DNA of 64,000 nt, taken from the NCBI GenBank assembly GCA_963834385.1, contig CAWIBO010000002.1, positions 800,001 to 864,000 of the forward strand. Direction: 5' to 3'. Source of the DNA: an uncultured Verrucomicrobiae bacterium (GTDB taxonomy: Bacteria > Verrucomicrobiota > Verrucomicrobiia > Chthoniobacterales > UBA10450). The position numbers and the translations under genes are program-made. Positions 1-10,922 of this stretch are shown piece by piece. Positions within the stretch are counted from its first letter, which is position 1, and every line of letters starts with the position of its first letter. The notes under the pieces are model-generated. The model searched no databases, had not been told where the DNA came from, and worked only from the letters and a program-made list of their open reading frames with translations.

Positions 1-1
1 C

Positions 2-553
2 TCCCTCGGAACCGCCTTCGGCGAATCCAACTGGAGCGATGCTCCGACCGGCAGCCTGCTTGGCCGCGGTTACACTAAGAGCGGGCCCCGGCTCCAATCC
101 TCGACTGCCCTGGCCGGACGCCTTCGGAGCGAAGATCCGGCCTTGCGGACCTCACTCTTGAAACTCGACTCCCGCGCCGGCACGGTGGTGGAGGGAATCT
201 CGCTGATGCCGGAGGCGGTGGCTCAGCAGATCAAGGTGCCGGCCCAGCAGCTCATGACGGAGGCGCGTGCCACCGGCCTGACCTTTGCCGAACTCCTGGT
301 AGCCCATTCCATCGCCGGGGCGGACAGCAAATCGTTCTCCAGTCTCCTGGCCGCGCGCAAAGCCGGCCGTTCCTGGACGGCACTGGCGCAACAGGCCAAA
401 ATCAGCCCGGCGTCGATCGCCCGGCGCGCGGATGCCGCGGAAAGCTCGCTGCGGTTCGCCCAGAGCCGTCGTGACCGCCGTCGGGAGCAAAATGTGCGCG
501 ACGAGGGGATTGGCGGCGCCGTTACCACCGGCCCGCTTCCCGGGGGGAACTAG
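2..553 (+). CDS. Hypothetical protein, 5'-truncated by the window edge
   Basis: The frame of ORF 143..553 stays open back to position 2; no recognisable motif. Confidence 0.55.
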   Translation, partial: SLGTAFGESNWSDAPTGSLLGRGYTKSGPRLQSSTALAGRLRSEDPALRTSLLKLDSRAGTVVEGISLMPEAVAQQIKVPAQQLMTEARATGLTFAELLVAHSIAGADSKSFSSLLAARKAGRSWTALAQQAKISPASIARRADAAESSLRFAQSRRDRRREQNVRDEGIGGAVTTGPLPGGN

Positions 554-646
554 TTTCCCCTCGCCCACAGCCCCGCGGACCCTCTCTTCCCGGCCCGTCC
601 TCGCCGGTTTACAAACCGGCGGGGCACGCCATATTGGGCGCTCCCG

Positions 647-1093
647 ATGTCGATCCTGATCAATATTCTCCTGGCCATCTACGTCCTCGTCGCCCTGCTC
701 ATGGTGCTGGTCATCCTGATGCAGCGGCCGAAAAGCGAGGGGCTGGGCGCCGCCTTCGGTGGCGGTGTCACGGAGAACATTTTCGGCGCGCAGACCACCA
801 ATGTCCTGACCAGGATTACCGGCTGGCTCGCCGGAATTTTTCTTGTCCTCACCCTCGTGCTGGCCGTTCTTTATGCGCGCCAAAGCCGTGGCGGGAGTGG
901 TCTTCGGCGCGAATTGATGAAGGACCAGCCGGCGGCAGTGGTGCCGGCCCAGCCCAGTCCCGCAGCTGCGGCCTCACCGGGGGCAACCGTGCTCCCGAAT
1001 GTCTCCGTGACGCCCGCAACGGCAGCGCCCACGGCGGCTTCGGCTCCGGCGGCAGCGAGTCCCGCGGCCAGCCCGGCCGCTTCCCCCCGCTAG
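647..1093 (+). CDS. secG: Preprotein translocase subunit SecG with Ala/Pro-rich C-terminal tail
   Basis: Two TM helices flanking ILMQRPKSEGLGAAFGGG...FGAQTTNVLTRIT. Confidence 0.93.
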   Translation: MSILINILLAIYVLVALLMVLVILMQRPKSEGLGAAFGGGVTENIFGAQTTNVLTRITGWLAGIFLVLTLVLAVLYARQSRGGSGLRRELMKDQPAAVVPAQPSPAAAASPGATVLPNVSVTPATAAPTAASAPAAASPAASPAASPR

Positions 1094-1112
1094 AAAATCC
1101 GGCGCAGGCCGG

Positions 1113-1385
1113 TTACTTCATCGTCCCGGAAAGACCTTCGGGCTTGGGGCCGCCGGCCTTTTCGTTCAGCGCCTGGGTGAATTCCTGCAGGCTGGAAACG
1201 ATCTGCGGCGCCTTGGTCAGCACCGTGCTGGCCAGCTTTTCCGCGTAATCCGGACGCCGCTGCGACATCTCGGAAAGCGCCATCATGACGGCCAGGGCGT
1301 TATTGATCGAGTGCTTGATCTCGCTGAACTTCTGCTGGAGCTGGACAAGTTCCTCTCGGGAAATGGTAGGGGCGGGGTCACTCAT
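1113..1385 (-). CDS. Small helical protein resembling a stand-alone HisKA/DHp domain
   Basis: 90 aa; H-box-like [18 protein letters not shown]; no ATPase domain. Confidence 0.7.
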   Translation of the reverse strand: MSDPAPTISREELVQLQQKFSEIKHSINNALAVMMALSEMSQRRPDYAEKLASTVLTKAPQIVSSLQEFTQALNEKAGGPKPEGLSGTMK

Positions 1386-1453
1386 GAATGGCTGATTTCG
1401 CTGGCGAAGCCGGACGAGTGTGATTGACTGACAGGTTCGACATTTTTCGTCCG

Positions 1454-4351
1454 ATGCCAGCCGAAACTATCAAGATCAGTGGGGCGCGCCAGCACAATCT
1501 GAAGAACATCAGCGTGGAGATCCCGCGCGCCCAGCTGGTGGTGATCACCGGCCTGAGCGGTTCCGGGAAGTCGTCCCTGGCCTTCGACACCCTCTATGCC
1601 GAGGGGCAACGGCGCTACGTGGAAAGCCTTTCCGCCTATGCCCGGCAATTCCTCGATAAGATGGAAAAGCCGGATGTCGATTTCATCGAGGGTCTTTCCC
1701 CCGCCATTGCCATCGAGCAGCGCAGTGCCGGCGCCAATCCGCGCTCGACCATCGCCACGACCACGGAGATTTACGATTACCTCCGCATCCTCTTCTCTGC
1801 GGCCGGCCAGCCCCATGATCCCGCCACGGGCGCGCCGGTTCATCGCCAGAGCGCCCAGCAGATCGTCGACCAGATCCTGGATTACCCGGCCGAGACCCGC
1901 ATCGTTCTTCTGGCTCCGCTCGTGCAAAACCAGGCTGGCGAATTCCGCGACGTTATCGAGAAGGCCAGGCGCGAAGGATTTGTTCGTCTCCGGATCGACG
2001 GCGAGATCCTGGAGCTCGGCCAGCCGGAGCCGATCCGCCTCGCCAAATCCAGCCGGCACACCATCGAGGCCGTGGTCGACCGTCTGGTCGTGCGTGAAGG
2101 CATCCGCACGCGGCTGGCCGATTCGGTGGAAACGGCCTTGAAATGGGGCGAACGCCGCCTGCTTGTCCTCCGCCAGCCCCGGGCCGCCGAGACGTGGGAA
2201 GAGCTGCGCTATTCCACCGACTACAGCGCCAACGGGACCGATTTCTCCCTTGGCGAACTGACCCCGCGCCATTTTTCCTTTAATAGCCATCTCGGCGCCT
2301 GCCCCGCCTGTCACGGCCTCGGGACCCAGCTCGTCTGTGACGCGGAACTGATGGTGCCTGATCCGGAGAAATCGCTCGCCGAGGGCGCCATCCTGCCCTG
2401 GCGCCGCGGCACCCGGCGCATGCAGGCTTATTATCGCCAGCTCCAGGGCGCGCTGGTGAAGCATTTCCGCGTCGATGAGGAGACGCCCTTCGAAAAGCTC
2501 CCGGCCGATTTTCGCGAGGCCCTCTACTTCGGGACCGGTGACCGCGCCATCGAGATGAACATGGGGGGCAACGGGAAGGCCGGCCGGTCGCTCAAGCCGT
2601 TCGAGGGGCTCGTTCCCCAGATGCAGCGGCTTTACGAGGAAACAGAGAGCGAGTTCACCCGCAACCGGATTCGCGCCTTCATGAACCGCGTTCCCTGCCA
2701 GGTCTGCCATGGAGCCAGGCTCAAGCCGGAGATTCTCGCCGTCACCGTGAGCGAGACGGATGGGAACGAGATTAACATTCATCAGTTCAGCCAGATGACG
2801 ATTGAGCAGGCCGCGCAGTTCGTGGGGCGGCTTCGGCTGAGCGCCACGCAACGCCTCATCGTCCACGAGGTGGTGCGCGAAATCGCCTCCCGCCTCGGGT
2901 TCCTCGTCGAGGTGGGGCTTGGTTATCTCTCGCTCGATCGGGAGAGCGGCACTCTCTCCGGGGGCGAAGCCCAGCGCATCCGGCTGGCCTCCCAGATCGG
3001 GTCCGGGCTCGCCGGCGTTCTTTACGTGCTCGACGAACCGAGCATCGGTCTGCACCAGCGCGACAACGCGCGCCTGATCGGCACGCTCCGCCGCCTGCGC
3101 GATCTCGGGAACTCGGTCATGGTGGTGGAACACGACGAGGAAACGATCCGGGCGGCCGATCATATCATCGATCTCGGTCCCGGCGCCGGCCCGCGCGGCG
3201 GTGAACTGGTCGCCCAGGGCACGCTGGCCGAGGTGATGAAGGCGAAAAATTCGCCCACGGCGGACTATCTTTCCGGGCGCGCCCGCATTGCCATCCCCCG
3301 CCAGCGCGTCCGCCCCGCCCGCTCGGCGCAGGCGGCGGCGCGCAGCACCGAGGCCTCCGGCTGGCTCACCGTCACCGGCGCCCGCGAGTTCAATCTCAAG
3401 GAGATTGATGTGATGTTTCCGCTCGGCTGTTTCACCTGTGTGACCGGCGTCTCCGGCAGCGGCAAATCGACGCTGGTCGACGACATCCTGCGCCGCGCCC
3501 TTTTCCGCCACTTTTACAACTCGAAGGAGAAACCGGGTGCCTTCCGTTCCTTGATCGGCCTGGAACAGATCGACAAGGCCATCGTGATCGACCAGAGCGC
3601 CATTGGACGGACCCCGCGCTCGAACCCGATCACCTACACCGGAGCCTTCACCCCGATCCGCGAGCTTTTCAGCCAGTTGCCGGCCGCGCGGGTGCGGGGT
3701 TACGACGCCGGCCGTTTCAGTTTCAACGTCAAGGGTGGCCGCTGTGAGAACTGCGAAGGGGGCGGTCTGATCAAGATCGAGATGCATTTTCTCCCGGATG
3801 TCTATGTGGAGTGCGAGGTCTGCCGCGGACAGCGTTACAACCGGGAGACCCTCGAGATCACTTACAAAGGGAAGAATATCGCCGATGTGCTGGCCCTCAC
3901 GGTGGACGAGGCCGCGCGCTTTTTTCGCAATGTGCCCGCCGTGGCCGACCGGCTCGACGCGCTCCTCGATGTCGGTCTTGGCTATCTTCAGCTCGGCCAG
4001 GCCGGCACCACCCTCTCCGGCGGCGAAGCCCAGCGCATCAAACTCGCGACCGAGCTGGCCAAGAAAGCCACCGGCCGCACGCTCTATATCCTCGACGAGC
4101 CCACCACGGGCCTGCATTTTGCCGATATCGAGCGGCTCTTGCGCGTGCTCATGAAATTGCGCGACGCCGGCAACACGCTCGTGGTCATTGAGCACAACCT
4201 CGAAATGATCAAATGCGCCGACTGGATCATCGATCTCGGCCCGGAAGGGGGCTCGGGCGGCGGGCGCATTGTCGGGCAGGGCACCCCGGAGGAAATCGCC
4301 GCGATTTCCGGGAGTTACACCGGCCGTTACCTGCGGCCGCTGCTGCAATAA
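1454..4351 (+). CDS. uvrA: Excinuclease ABC subunit A
   Basis: GARQHNLKN, two Walker A motifs ([16 protein letters not shown]), LSGGEAQRI twice, CxxC zinc fingers. Confidence 0.98.
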   Translation: MPAETIKISGARQHNLKNISVEIPRAQLVVITGLSGSGKSSLAFDTLYAEGQRRYVESLSAYARQFLDKMEKPDVDFIEGLSPAIAIEQRSAGANPRSTIATTTEIYDYLRILFSAAGQPHDPATGAPVHRQSAQQIVDQILDYPAETRIVLLAPLVQNQAGEFRDVIEKARREGFVRLRIDGEILELGQPEPIRLAKSSRHTIEAVVDRLVVREGIRTRLADSVETALKWGERRLLVLRQPRAAETWEELRYSTDYSANGTDFSLGELTPRHFSFNSHLGACPACHGLGTQLVCDAELMVPDPEKSLAEGAILPWRRGTRRMQAYYRQLQGALVKHFRVDEETPFEKLPADFREALYFGTGDRAIEMNMGGNGKAGRSLKPFEGLVPQMQRLYEETESEFTRNRIRAFMNRVPCQVCHGARLKPEILAVTVSETDGNEINIHQFSQMTIEQAAQFVGRLRLSATQRLIVHEVVREIASRLGFLVEVGLGYLSLDRESGTLSGGEAQRIRLASQIGSGLAGVLYVLDEPSIGLHQRDNARLIGTLRRLRDLGNSVMVVEHDEETIRAADHIIDLGPGAGPRGGELVAQGTLAEVMKAKNSPTADYLSGRARIAIPRQRVRPARSAQAAARSTEASGWLTVTGAREFNLKEIDVMFPLGCFTCVTGVSGSGKSTLVDDILRRALFRHFYNSKEKPGAFRSLIGLEQIDKAIVIDQSAIGRTPRSNPITYTGAFTPIRELFSQLPAARVRGYDAGRFSFNVKGGRCENCEGGGLIKIEMHFLPDVYVECEVCRGQRYNRETLEITYKGKNIADVLALTVDEAARFFRNVPAVADRLDALLDVGLGYLQLGQAGTTLSGGEAQRIKLATELAKKATGRTLYILDEPTTGLHFADIERLLRVLMKLRDAGNTLVVIEHNLEMIKCADWIIDLGPEGGSGGGRIVGQGTPEEIAAISGSYTGRYLRPLLQ

Positions 4352-4353
4352 AG

Positions 4354-6771
4354 GTGAGAACTCTTTTTCTCGTCGTTCTCTTCACGGGCGCGCCCGCTCT
4401 TTCCCAGGCGGCCGACGATCTCGCCCGGGCCATCGCGCCCCTCAGGGAAGGGGTTCCCGAAGTCGCCGTCGCCCGGTTGGAAGAGCTCTTGAGCAAACCG
4501 GGGACCGACCGCGCCGCCATCCTCGTGCGACTGGCCGAGGCCCATACCGCCGCCGGCCGCCCGCAGGAAGCGCTGCCGCTCCTGGCTGATCCCCTCCTGC
4601 GCAACAATCCGGAGGCCAGCTTCGGCAAAGCGCAGGCTTTGGCCGCGCTTGGCCGCTGGTCGGAGTCGGCCCAGGCTTATGCCGCCGTGCTCCCGTCGAA
4701 AAATCCGACGCTTTCCGCCCGCGCCCGCTTCGGGCTGGCCGAGGCGGAGCGCGCCTTGGGCCGGAGCGATGCCGCTCTCTCGAATTATCGTGCGCTGCTT
4801 GATGACCCTGTCCTCGGCACCGAGGCCCGTTTCCGCTCCGTGGACCTTCTCCTCCAAAAAAATAATGTGGCGGGAGCCACCACGACCCTTGAGGCGGTGG
4901 AGGCGAAAACACCCGCAGAACGCAAGGCCCGCCGGTTTTGGCGGGGCCGCGTCGCCGCGGCCGACGGCAACAAGGCGCGCGCCATCGCTTCCTTTCGCGC
5001 CGTCCTCCGGAAACCGGAGGGAGCCAGTCATGAATTGATCCTGGCTGCGCTCCACGCGCTGGCCGGGACGCAGAGTCCGGCCGACGCGGCGGAAACTCTG
5101 GAAGCCTATCTCGATTCGCACCCCGCCGATCGCGCCCTTCCCGAGTTGTTCGCCCGCCTCGAGACAATCTATCAGGGCACCCGCAAGCCGTGGCGAACCG
5201 AGTTTCGCCGCTGGATTCGTGATCCGGCACAGCCGCGGCGCGCTTTCGCGCAATGGTATCAGGCCCGGGCCGAACTTAAGGCGGGGCGCCCGGCCGAGGC
5301 AGCCGCCCTTTTCCGACAGATGCAACGCGAAGGATTCAGGCACCCCGCCCTGGCGGTGGCGTATCTCGGGGCCGCCCGCCTGCAGGCTGCGCAGGGCCAG
5401 CCCGCCGCGGCGCTCGAGTTGCTCGAGGCCGCGGCCGGTCTCTCGCCGGAACCCGCTTTCCGCCATGAAATCGAATGGCTGCGCGCCGCCACCATTTATC
5501 AGGCCGGTGATTTCGCCGGTGCCGCGGAAGCCTTCGCCGGCGTCGCCGCCGCCGGGCGCGACCGGGCCGAGGCCGCTCGTTTCAATTCCGCCCTGTCGTG
5601 GCTGCAAGCCGACGCGCCGGAAAAATTCCGGGAGGCTTATCGCCGGGTCGCGAACGAGAAGGACGCAAAAGCAGGCGACCTCCTTCTGGAAGAAGGCCTT
5701 TCGCTGGCGGCCAAAAACACGGCGAAGGCCGAGGAGGCGCTGCGCCGGTTCACCCGCGATCATCCCGATCACGCCCGCATCGATGAGGCCTGGCTGGCCC
5801 TGGCGGAACTCGCTTTCCATCGGCAGCCGCCCGGGATCAACGAGGCGCGCCAGCTCCTTAAACGGCTCGACCCGGCCCGGTCCGGCCCGCGCGTCCGCGA
5901 AGACGCCGCCTTTCTTCGGGTTTGGCTGGAAGAGGCGCGCCCCGAAGCTTCGGAGAACGCCGTCCGGGCGCGGGCCCTGGATTTCCTGCGCGAGTTTCCT
6001 GAATCGCCCCGCGCACCTGAGGTCCGGATGAAACTGGCCGAGCTGTATTGGGACCAGCAGGATTTCGCGAATGCCCAGACGCAGTTTGAAACCCTGGCGC
6101 GCCGGCATCCCCAGCATCCGTTGGCGGAAAAGGCGCTCTTTTTTGCGGGGCAATCAGCCCGTTCCACCATGGGCCCGGATGCACTCGACCGGGCCCTGTC
6201 CCTGTTCAATGAAGTGGCGGCCCGCCAGGGGGAGCTGCAATGGACCGCGCGCAACGAACAGGCCATGATCGAGCGGAAGCTGGGGAAGAATGACGAAGCC
6301 CTCCTGCTTTACGAGCAGGTTCTGGCGCAGAGCGGGAAGGCCGCCGATCGCCGCGAGGCGCTCACCGGCAGCGGGGATGTCCATTTTGAACGCGGCACGG
6401 CCAATCCGGAGGATTACCGGCGCGCCCTCCAATTTTATGAGCGGCTCATCGCAGACACGCAGGCCGGCTCGCACTGGCGAAACCAGGCGCTCTACAAAAA
6501 GGCGCTGGCCCTGGACAAGCTGGGCGAGACCGCGGCCGCGCTGGCAGCCTACTACGAAGTGCTGGAACAACCCCTGCGCGCCGAGCGCGCCCCGGAACTC
6601 TTCTGGTATTACAAGGCCGGGTTTGATGCCGCGCAGCTCCTCGAACGCCAGGAGAAATGGGAATCGGCTGCGGCCATCTACGAGAAACTGGTCGGGGCCG
6701 CCGGCCCGCGCAGCGCGGAGGCTGCCGCCCGCCTGAAGAGGCTGCGCCTCGAGCATTTTCTCTGGCCCTGA
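4354..6771 (+). CDS. Exported tetratricopeptide-repeat protein
   Basis: GTG start 2 nt after the uvrA stop, signal-peptide-like N-terminus, TPR-like helices throughout. Confidence 0.8.
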   Translation: MRTLFLVVLFTGAPALSQAADDLARAIAPLREGVPEVAVARLEELLSKPGTDRAAILVRLAEAHTAAGRPQEALPLLADPLLRNNPEASFGKAQALAALGRWSESAQAYAAVLPSKNPTLSARARFGLAEAERALGRSDAALSNYRALLDDPVLGTEARFRSVDLLLQKNNVAGATTTLEAVEAKTPAERKARRFWRGRVAAADGNKARAIASFRAVLRKPEGASHELILAALHALAGTQSPADAAETLEAYLDSHPADRALPELFARLETIYQGTRKPWRTEFRRWIRDPAQPRRAFAQWYQARAELKAGRPAEAAALFRQMQREGFRHPALAVAYLGAARLQAAQGQPAAALELLEAAAGLSPEPAFRHEIEWLRAATIYQAGDFAGAAEAFAGVAAAGRDRAEAARFNSALSWLQADAPEKFREAYRRVANEKDAKAGDLLLEEGLSLAAKNTAKAEEALRRFTRDHPDHARIDEAWLALAELAFHRQPPGINEARQLLKRLDPARSGPRVREDAAFLRVWLEEARPEASENAVRARALDFLREFPESPRAPEVRMKLAELYWDQQDFANAQTQFETLARRHPQHPLAEKALFFAGQSARSTMGPDALDRALSLFNEVAARQGELQWTARNEQAMIERKLGKNDEALLLYEQVLAQSGKAADRREALTGSGDVHFERGTANPEDYRRALQFYERLIADTQAGSHWRNQALYKKALALDKLGETAAALAAYYEVLEQPLRAERAPELFWYYKAGFDAAQLLERQEKWESAAAIYEKLVGAAGPRSAEAAARLKRLRLEHFLWP

Positions 6772-6829
6772 GCCGCGCCCGGCCCGAATCGGATTGCCGG
6801 CGCCGGTTTTTTCCGGCAAAATCTCTTCC

Positions 6830-7120
6830 ATGAAGAGAACACGCAGGGGTGCCCTGGTGCGACCCTCGTTCTCGACCCTCGCGGTCGTTGTCCTGCTCGC
6901 CTGGGGCGGGCCGGCCCTGGCCGCGGACGTCAGTAAGAACGTGGCGGCTCCGTCCAAGAACGTGATCGCCGCCAGGGGGCAGCAGGCCCAGCAGCCCAGA
7001 AAAGTAAAACGCTACGTGATGACCATTGCGTCGGCCATCCCCGTGCCGGAGGAGCGCTACCTCGGCACGCCGACCACGCCCTCGCCCGTCATCATCGTCC
7101 AGCGCGCGCCCGGCCGGTAA
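6830..7120 (+). CDS. Small secreted hypothetical protein
   Basis: Signal peptide (..LAVVVLLAWGGPALA); TTGCCG-17-CAAAAT promoter-like motif 7 nt upstream. Confidence 0.65.
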   Translation: MKRTRRGALVRPSFSTLAVVVLLAWGGPALAADVSKNVAAPSKNVIAARGQQAQQPRKVKRYVMTIASAIPVPEERYLGTPTTPSPVIIVQRAPGR

Positions 7121-7154
7121 GGCACGGGTGAGAGCGCCGGTTTACGGCGAGCGT

Positions 7155-8171
7155 TTACGCCCGCCGCGCGCCTCCCTTTTTCTTCGACCAGCCGAGCTGT
7201 GCCCGCAGTCTCTTCCCCGTTCGTTCCAGCGGATGCTTCTCCGCGGCCTCGCGCAGACGGCGCAGGTTCTTTCCGCCAGTCCGCGTTTCCCGCAGCAAAT
7301 CGCGCGCGAATTTTCCCTGCCGAATCTCCGTCAGGATCCGATTCATCCGGCGGCGCACAGAGGCATCAATCACCCTTGGCCCGATCGTGAGATCACCCCA
7401 GAGCGCCGTCTCGGAAATGCGCGCGCGCATTCCGGCCACGCCCCGTTCGTGCATCAGGTCGACAATGAATTTCAGCTCGTGCAGGCATTCAAAATAAGCC
7501 AGCTCCGGCGCGTAACCCGCCTCCACCAGCGTCTCAAACCCGGTCAGGACCAGGCGGGTGACGCCGCCGCACAACACCGCCTGCTCGCTGAACAGGTCAG
7601 TTTCCGTTTCTTCCCGGAAGGTGGTCTCGATCACACCCGCCCGGGTGCAGCCGATCGCCGCCGCCCAGCCCAGCGCCACCCGGCGGGCCCGGGCGCTGCT
7701 CCCTTTTCCCACCGCGATCAACCCGGGCACACCGCGCCCCGCAACAAACTCGCTCCGCACCATCGGCCCGAGACCTTTCGGCGCCACCATCACGACATCA
7801 ACCCCGCGCGGCGCCCGGACCAGGCCGTAGGTCACGGCAAAGCCATGGGCAAAAAGCAGGGTCTGCCCCGGCCGGAGGGCCGGCCGAATCTGCTCCGCGA
7901 AAACGCTCTCCATCCGCGTGTCCGGCAGCGCCAGGAAAATGACTTCGCCGGCCCGCACCGCTTCCGTCGTGGAGAGGACATGGAAGCCCTCCTGCCGCGC
8001 CGGTCGCCGTGACCTGCTCTTCGGCGGGAGCCCAATCACGACGGTGAGCCCGCTGTCGCGCAGGTTCAACGCCTGGGCGCGGCCTTGCGAACCGAAGCCG
8101 AGGATGGCGCAAACCTTGTCGCGCAGCACACGACGATCAGCCGCTTTCTCGTGAAGGATCCGGGCTGCCAT
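7155..8171 (-). CDS. ilvC: Ketol-acid reductoisomerase
   Basis: GFGSQGRAQALNLRDSG, MVAPKG, ETDLFSEQAVLCGG, AYFECLHELK. Confidence 0.97.
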   Translation of the reverse strand: MAARILHEKAADRRVLRDKVCAILGFGSQGRAQALNLRDSGLTVVIGLPPKSRSRRPARQEGFHVLSTTEAVRAGEVIFLALPDTRMESVFAEQIRPALRPGQTLLFAHGFAVTYGLVRAPRGVDVVMVAPKGLGPMVRSEFVAGRGVPGLIAVGKGSSARARRVALGWAAAIGCTRAGVIETTFREETETDLFSEQAVLCGGVTRLVLTGFETLVEAGYAPELAYFECLHELKFIVDLMHERGVAGMRARISETALWGDLTIGPRVIDASVRRRMNRILTEIRQGKFARDLLRETRTGGKNLRRLREAAEKHPLERTGKRLRAQLGWSKKKGGARRA

Positions 8172-8232
8172 GGGGAGGCGATGCTACGCCGCCCGAAGCG
8201 CCAAGCAAAGCGGCAACGATGATCGCCCGCCT

Positions 8233-10317
8233 CTACTCGGCGGCGGCGCGCAGTGCGCCCACCCGGGCGAGGGCGAGCCGCGCCTCCTGCGTCCGGCCCA
8301 TCCGTTCCAGGATATCGGAAAGAATCAGGAGCTGACGCGGCTGATCCGGCTGCCGGGAAACGGCACGTTCCTGGAGACGACGGGCCTCCTCGAGCCGGTT
8401 CTGCCGCACTTTCATCCCCGCCATCAAATTCAAGGCCTGCACCTCGTGAATATCAAGGCGGCTGGCGTGCCGGAGTGCCTTCTCCGCCGCCGGAATATCA
8501 TCCTGTTCCGCGTAGACTCGACCCAGCGCGACCGCCGCTCCATAGTGCCACCAGTTTTTCCGGGCATACTCTTCCACCAGGCGGAGCGCCGCGTCGGGCC
8601 CCTCGGTCATCCGCACCACTTCGGCCTGAAAGCTGACCAGTTCCCAGATGCCGGGATAATCATGACGCGCCCGCTCGAGCACCGGAAGGGCGGCCCGCGG
8701 ATTCTCCTTGAAGCGAAGGTGAGCCAGGTTTAGCGCGGCAATCCAGGTGCGCGGATAATCCTTGCGCGCCTGTTCCGCCGCCTGGGCGGACTCGGCAAAA
8801 ATTTTCTCCGCCTCAGCCCGCTTGCCCTGGCGAAAAAGAACGTCAGCCAGGTTATTGCGCGCGATCGGATAACCGGGCAGAAGCTGGAGCACCTCCCGGT
8901 ACATTTTCTCGGCCCGGCCATACTCGCCGCGGGCGGCATAGATCTGGGCCAGGTTGACGGCCACGCGGGTGCTGCGGCCACCGGCGGCCAGTGTTCGCTG
9001 GTAAAATGTCTCCGGCGTGACCCAGTCGGTGCTGCGCACATAACTGCGCGCGCCGAATCCGGTCGCTGCGACCAGCGCCACCACCAGGGCGTGCCGGTGA
9101 TAACGCACCGGCAAATCGAGCGCGGCTCCGGCCAGGAAAAGAAGGAACCCGACACTGGGAAGATAAAGCCAGTGTTCCGCCACGCTGGCATTCAGATCGA
9201 CCACGTTCGAGATCGGGAAAAACGCGGCCAGAAACCAGACGACACCAAGGACGCGCAGGGAATGTCCGCGTCCGCGGCGGGCGCAGCCCCAGGCCGCGAG
9301 GCCGGCGCAGAGCAAACCGCCGAGCGAGAGATATTCGCTCCGGACCGAGCCGCGCCAGCTTTGGTGTCCCCGGTAGTTGGCCGGATCAACCACGGTGCGT
9401 TCCATGTGAAGATTGGCCGGGTAGAGCATGAGGCGGCCGTAATCGCCGAGCGCGCGGAAGACGAGCACGGCGCGGGTGGGCGCGGTCCAGCCGTGCGAAG
9501 CATTCTCGGCCGAACGGCTGCCGGGGAGTTGCCGGAGGCCAACGTAAGTTCCGAGCAGGAGAAGAGCGCAGGCCAAAACGGCCAGGCGGGTGCGCCATGA
9601 AATCTGCGGGCGCAAGAAGCAGGTGTGCACCGCGAAGATGATCACCCAAACGCAGGCGATCTCACGCGAGCAAAGGGCGAGGAGACCGCAGAGAAAGGCG
9701 GCCAGGTAACCCGCCAGGCGAAGTTCCCCACGGGCGCACGCGTTCGCCCGGAGAACGATGAGCCAGGCGGCGCTGCCAAAGAGAAAGGAAAGGCTGTCCG
9801 CCCGGCCCGAGATGTAATCGACCGCGGCGCTGTGCACTGGATGCACCAGCCAGAGCAGCGCGACCAGGAAGGCGACCAGGTCCGGCCCCGGGCCGGCCCC
9901 GGGCTCCGCCCCTGCGGGAACCAGCAGCTTCCGGAGCAGGGCGAAGAGGAGCAGGCCGCTGCCAAGGTGGAGCAGGACGTTGGTCAGGTGGAAACCGAAG
10001 GTGTTCGTGTTCCAGAGAAAGTAGTCGAGGACAAAGGAAGCGTTCTGCACCGGACGATAATGTCCGGAGAAGGAATCGAGGAAGAGATGATGGCGAAAGG
10101 CTTCCAGGAGCAGAAGCGGGCTCTTCATGAAGGGGTTGTCGCGGGCCAGATACTGGTCGTCCCAGAGCAGCTCGCCGGAGAGGGCGGGCAGGCGCACGAC
10201 AAAACCGCAGAAGGCGAGGAGAAGGCAGCGGCCCCAGAAGCTGCCGATGAGCCAGCGCAGGCCGGCCCGGAGGTCACGGGCGGATTTCGGGGAGGCGGAG
10301 GCGGGGTTGAGCGCCAT
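8233..10317 (-). CDS. TMTC-like GT-C membrane glycosyltransferase with C-terminal TPRs
   Basis: LLWDD, HYRPV, FHLTNVLLH, HPVHSAAVDYISGRAD and AEHWLYLPS motifs in a multi-TM domain, followed by TPRs. Confidence 0.85.
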   Translation of the reverse strand: MALNPASASPKSARDLRAGLRWLIGSFWGRCLLLAFCGFVVRLPALSGELLWDDQYLARDNPFMKSPLLLLEAFRHHLFLDSFSGHYRPVQNASFVLDYFLWNTNTFGFHLTNVLLHLGSGLLLFALLRKLLVPAGAEPGAGPGPDLVAFLVALLWLVHPVHSAAVDYISGRADSLSFLFGSAAWLIVLRANACARGELRLAGYLAAFLCGLLALCSREIACVWVIIFAVHTCFLRPQISWRTRLAVLACALLLLGTYVGLRQLPGSRSAENASHGWTAPTRAVLVFRALGDYGRLMLYPANLHMERTVVDPANYRGHQSWRGSVRSEYLSLGGLLCAGLAAWGCARRGRGHSLRVLGVVWFLAAFFPISNVVDLNASVAEHWLYLPSVGFLLFLAGAALDLPVRYHRHALVVALVAATGFGARSYVRSTDWVTPETFYQRTLAAGGRSTRVAVNLAQIYAARGEYGRAEKMYREVLQLLPGYPIARNNLADVLFRQGKRAEAEKIFAESAQAAEQARKDYPRTWIAALNLAHLRFKENPRAALPVLERARHDYPGIWELVSFQAEVVRMTEGPDAALRLVEEYARKNWWHYGAAVALGRVYAEQDDIPAAEKALRHASRLDIHEVQALNLMAGMKVRQNRLEEARRLQERAVSRQPDQPRQLLILSDILERMGRTQEARLALARVGALRAAAE

Positions 10318-10340
10318 GGGGTTGGAGAAGCTGCTAAACA

Positions 10341-10376
10341 GGAGAGCGTCCTTCCGCAGGCGAAAGGACGCTCCCC
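10341..10376 (-). terminator. Terminator-like hairpin between the last pilin and the TMTC-like gene
   Basis: GAGCGTCCTT/AAGGACGCTC stem followed by only a weak CCTGTTT tail on the minus strand. Confidence 0.6.
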
Positions 10377-10397
10377 ATTGTTCAGTTTACGAATCCC

Positions 10398-10799
10398 TTA
10401 CGGGGCGTAAGGCGACCAGAAACCGGTGTCGGCCACGTCGGAGAGAGCGGCGAAGGTATTCGCCGGCACTTTCGGAATGGAATCGACCGTCTGGTCTCCG
10501 TAGGTCTCGCCGAAGAGATCAGCTCCCGTCGCGAAGAGGACGCTGTCCTTCTTGACGTAGTTGGTCCAGTCGACCACGGCCACGGTGTCCCCGGTCTTTT
10601 TCCCGGTCTCGATGGCGTATTGGTCGACCGCGGAATCAATCATGCGCAGATCGTTCAGGACCTTGGAGGCCTGGGAACGTTTGCGGGCACGAAGAAACCC
10701 GGGCACCGCGATCGCCGCGAGCAGGGCGATGATCGCCACGACGATCATGATTTCCACCAGCGTAAAGCCGGCGCGTTTTTTGTTCAGTTTAGTCAACAT
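10398..10799 (-). CDS. Type IV pilin-like protein (divergent copy C)
   Basis: Class III signal KKRAG|FTLVEIMIVVAIIALLAAIAVP; 133 aa. Confidence 0.93.
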   Translation of the reverse strand: MLTKLNKKRAGFTLVEIMIVVAIIALLAAIAVPGFLRARKRSQASKVLNDLRMIDSAVDQYAIETGKKTGDTVAVVDWTNYVKKDSVLFATGADLFGETYGDQTVDSIPKVPANTFAALSDVADTGFWSPYAP

Positions 10800-10865
10800 A
10801 GTGCGTTTTCTTTCTTGTTAGTTGTATTCCTGAGGTGCGAGCCGCCGGCTTTGTCTGTTCCTGTT

Positions 10866-10922
10866 CTCACAACTCACTCCCTGCCGGCGGAGCCCGCCGG
10901 CAGGCGTGTGAATCGTCAGTTC
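10866..10922 (-). repeat. 57-bp inter-pilin stem-loop element, copy 2
   Basis: Matches 11395..11451 at 55 of 57 positions; core stem CCTGCCGGCGG/CCGCCGGCAGG. Confidence 0.9.

Noticed and set aside
1382..4348. Long antisense ORFs (988 aa here; also 25582..27615, 48919..51693 and others)
   Set aside because: Shadow frames of real genes caused by high-GC codon bias; no recognisable motifs.
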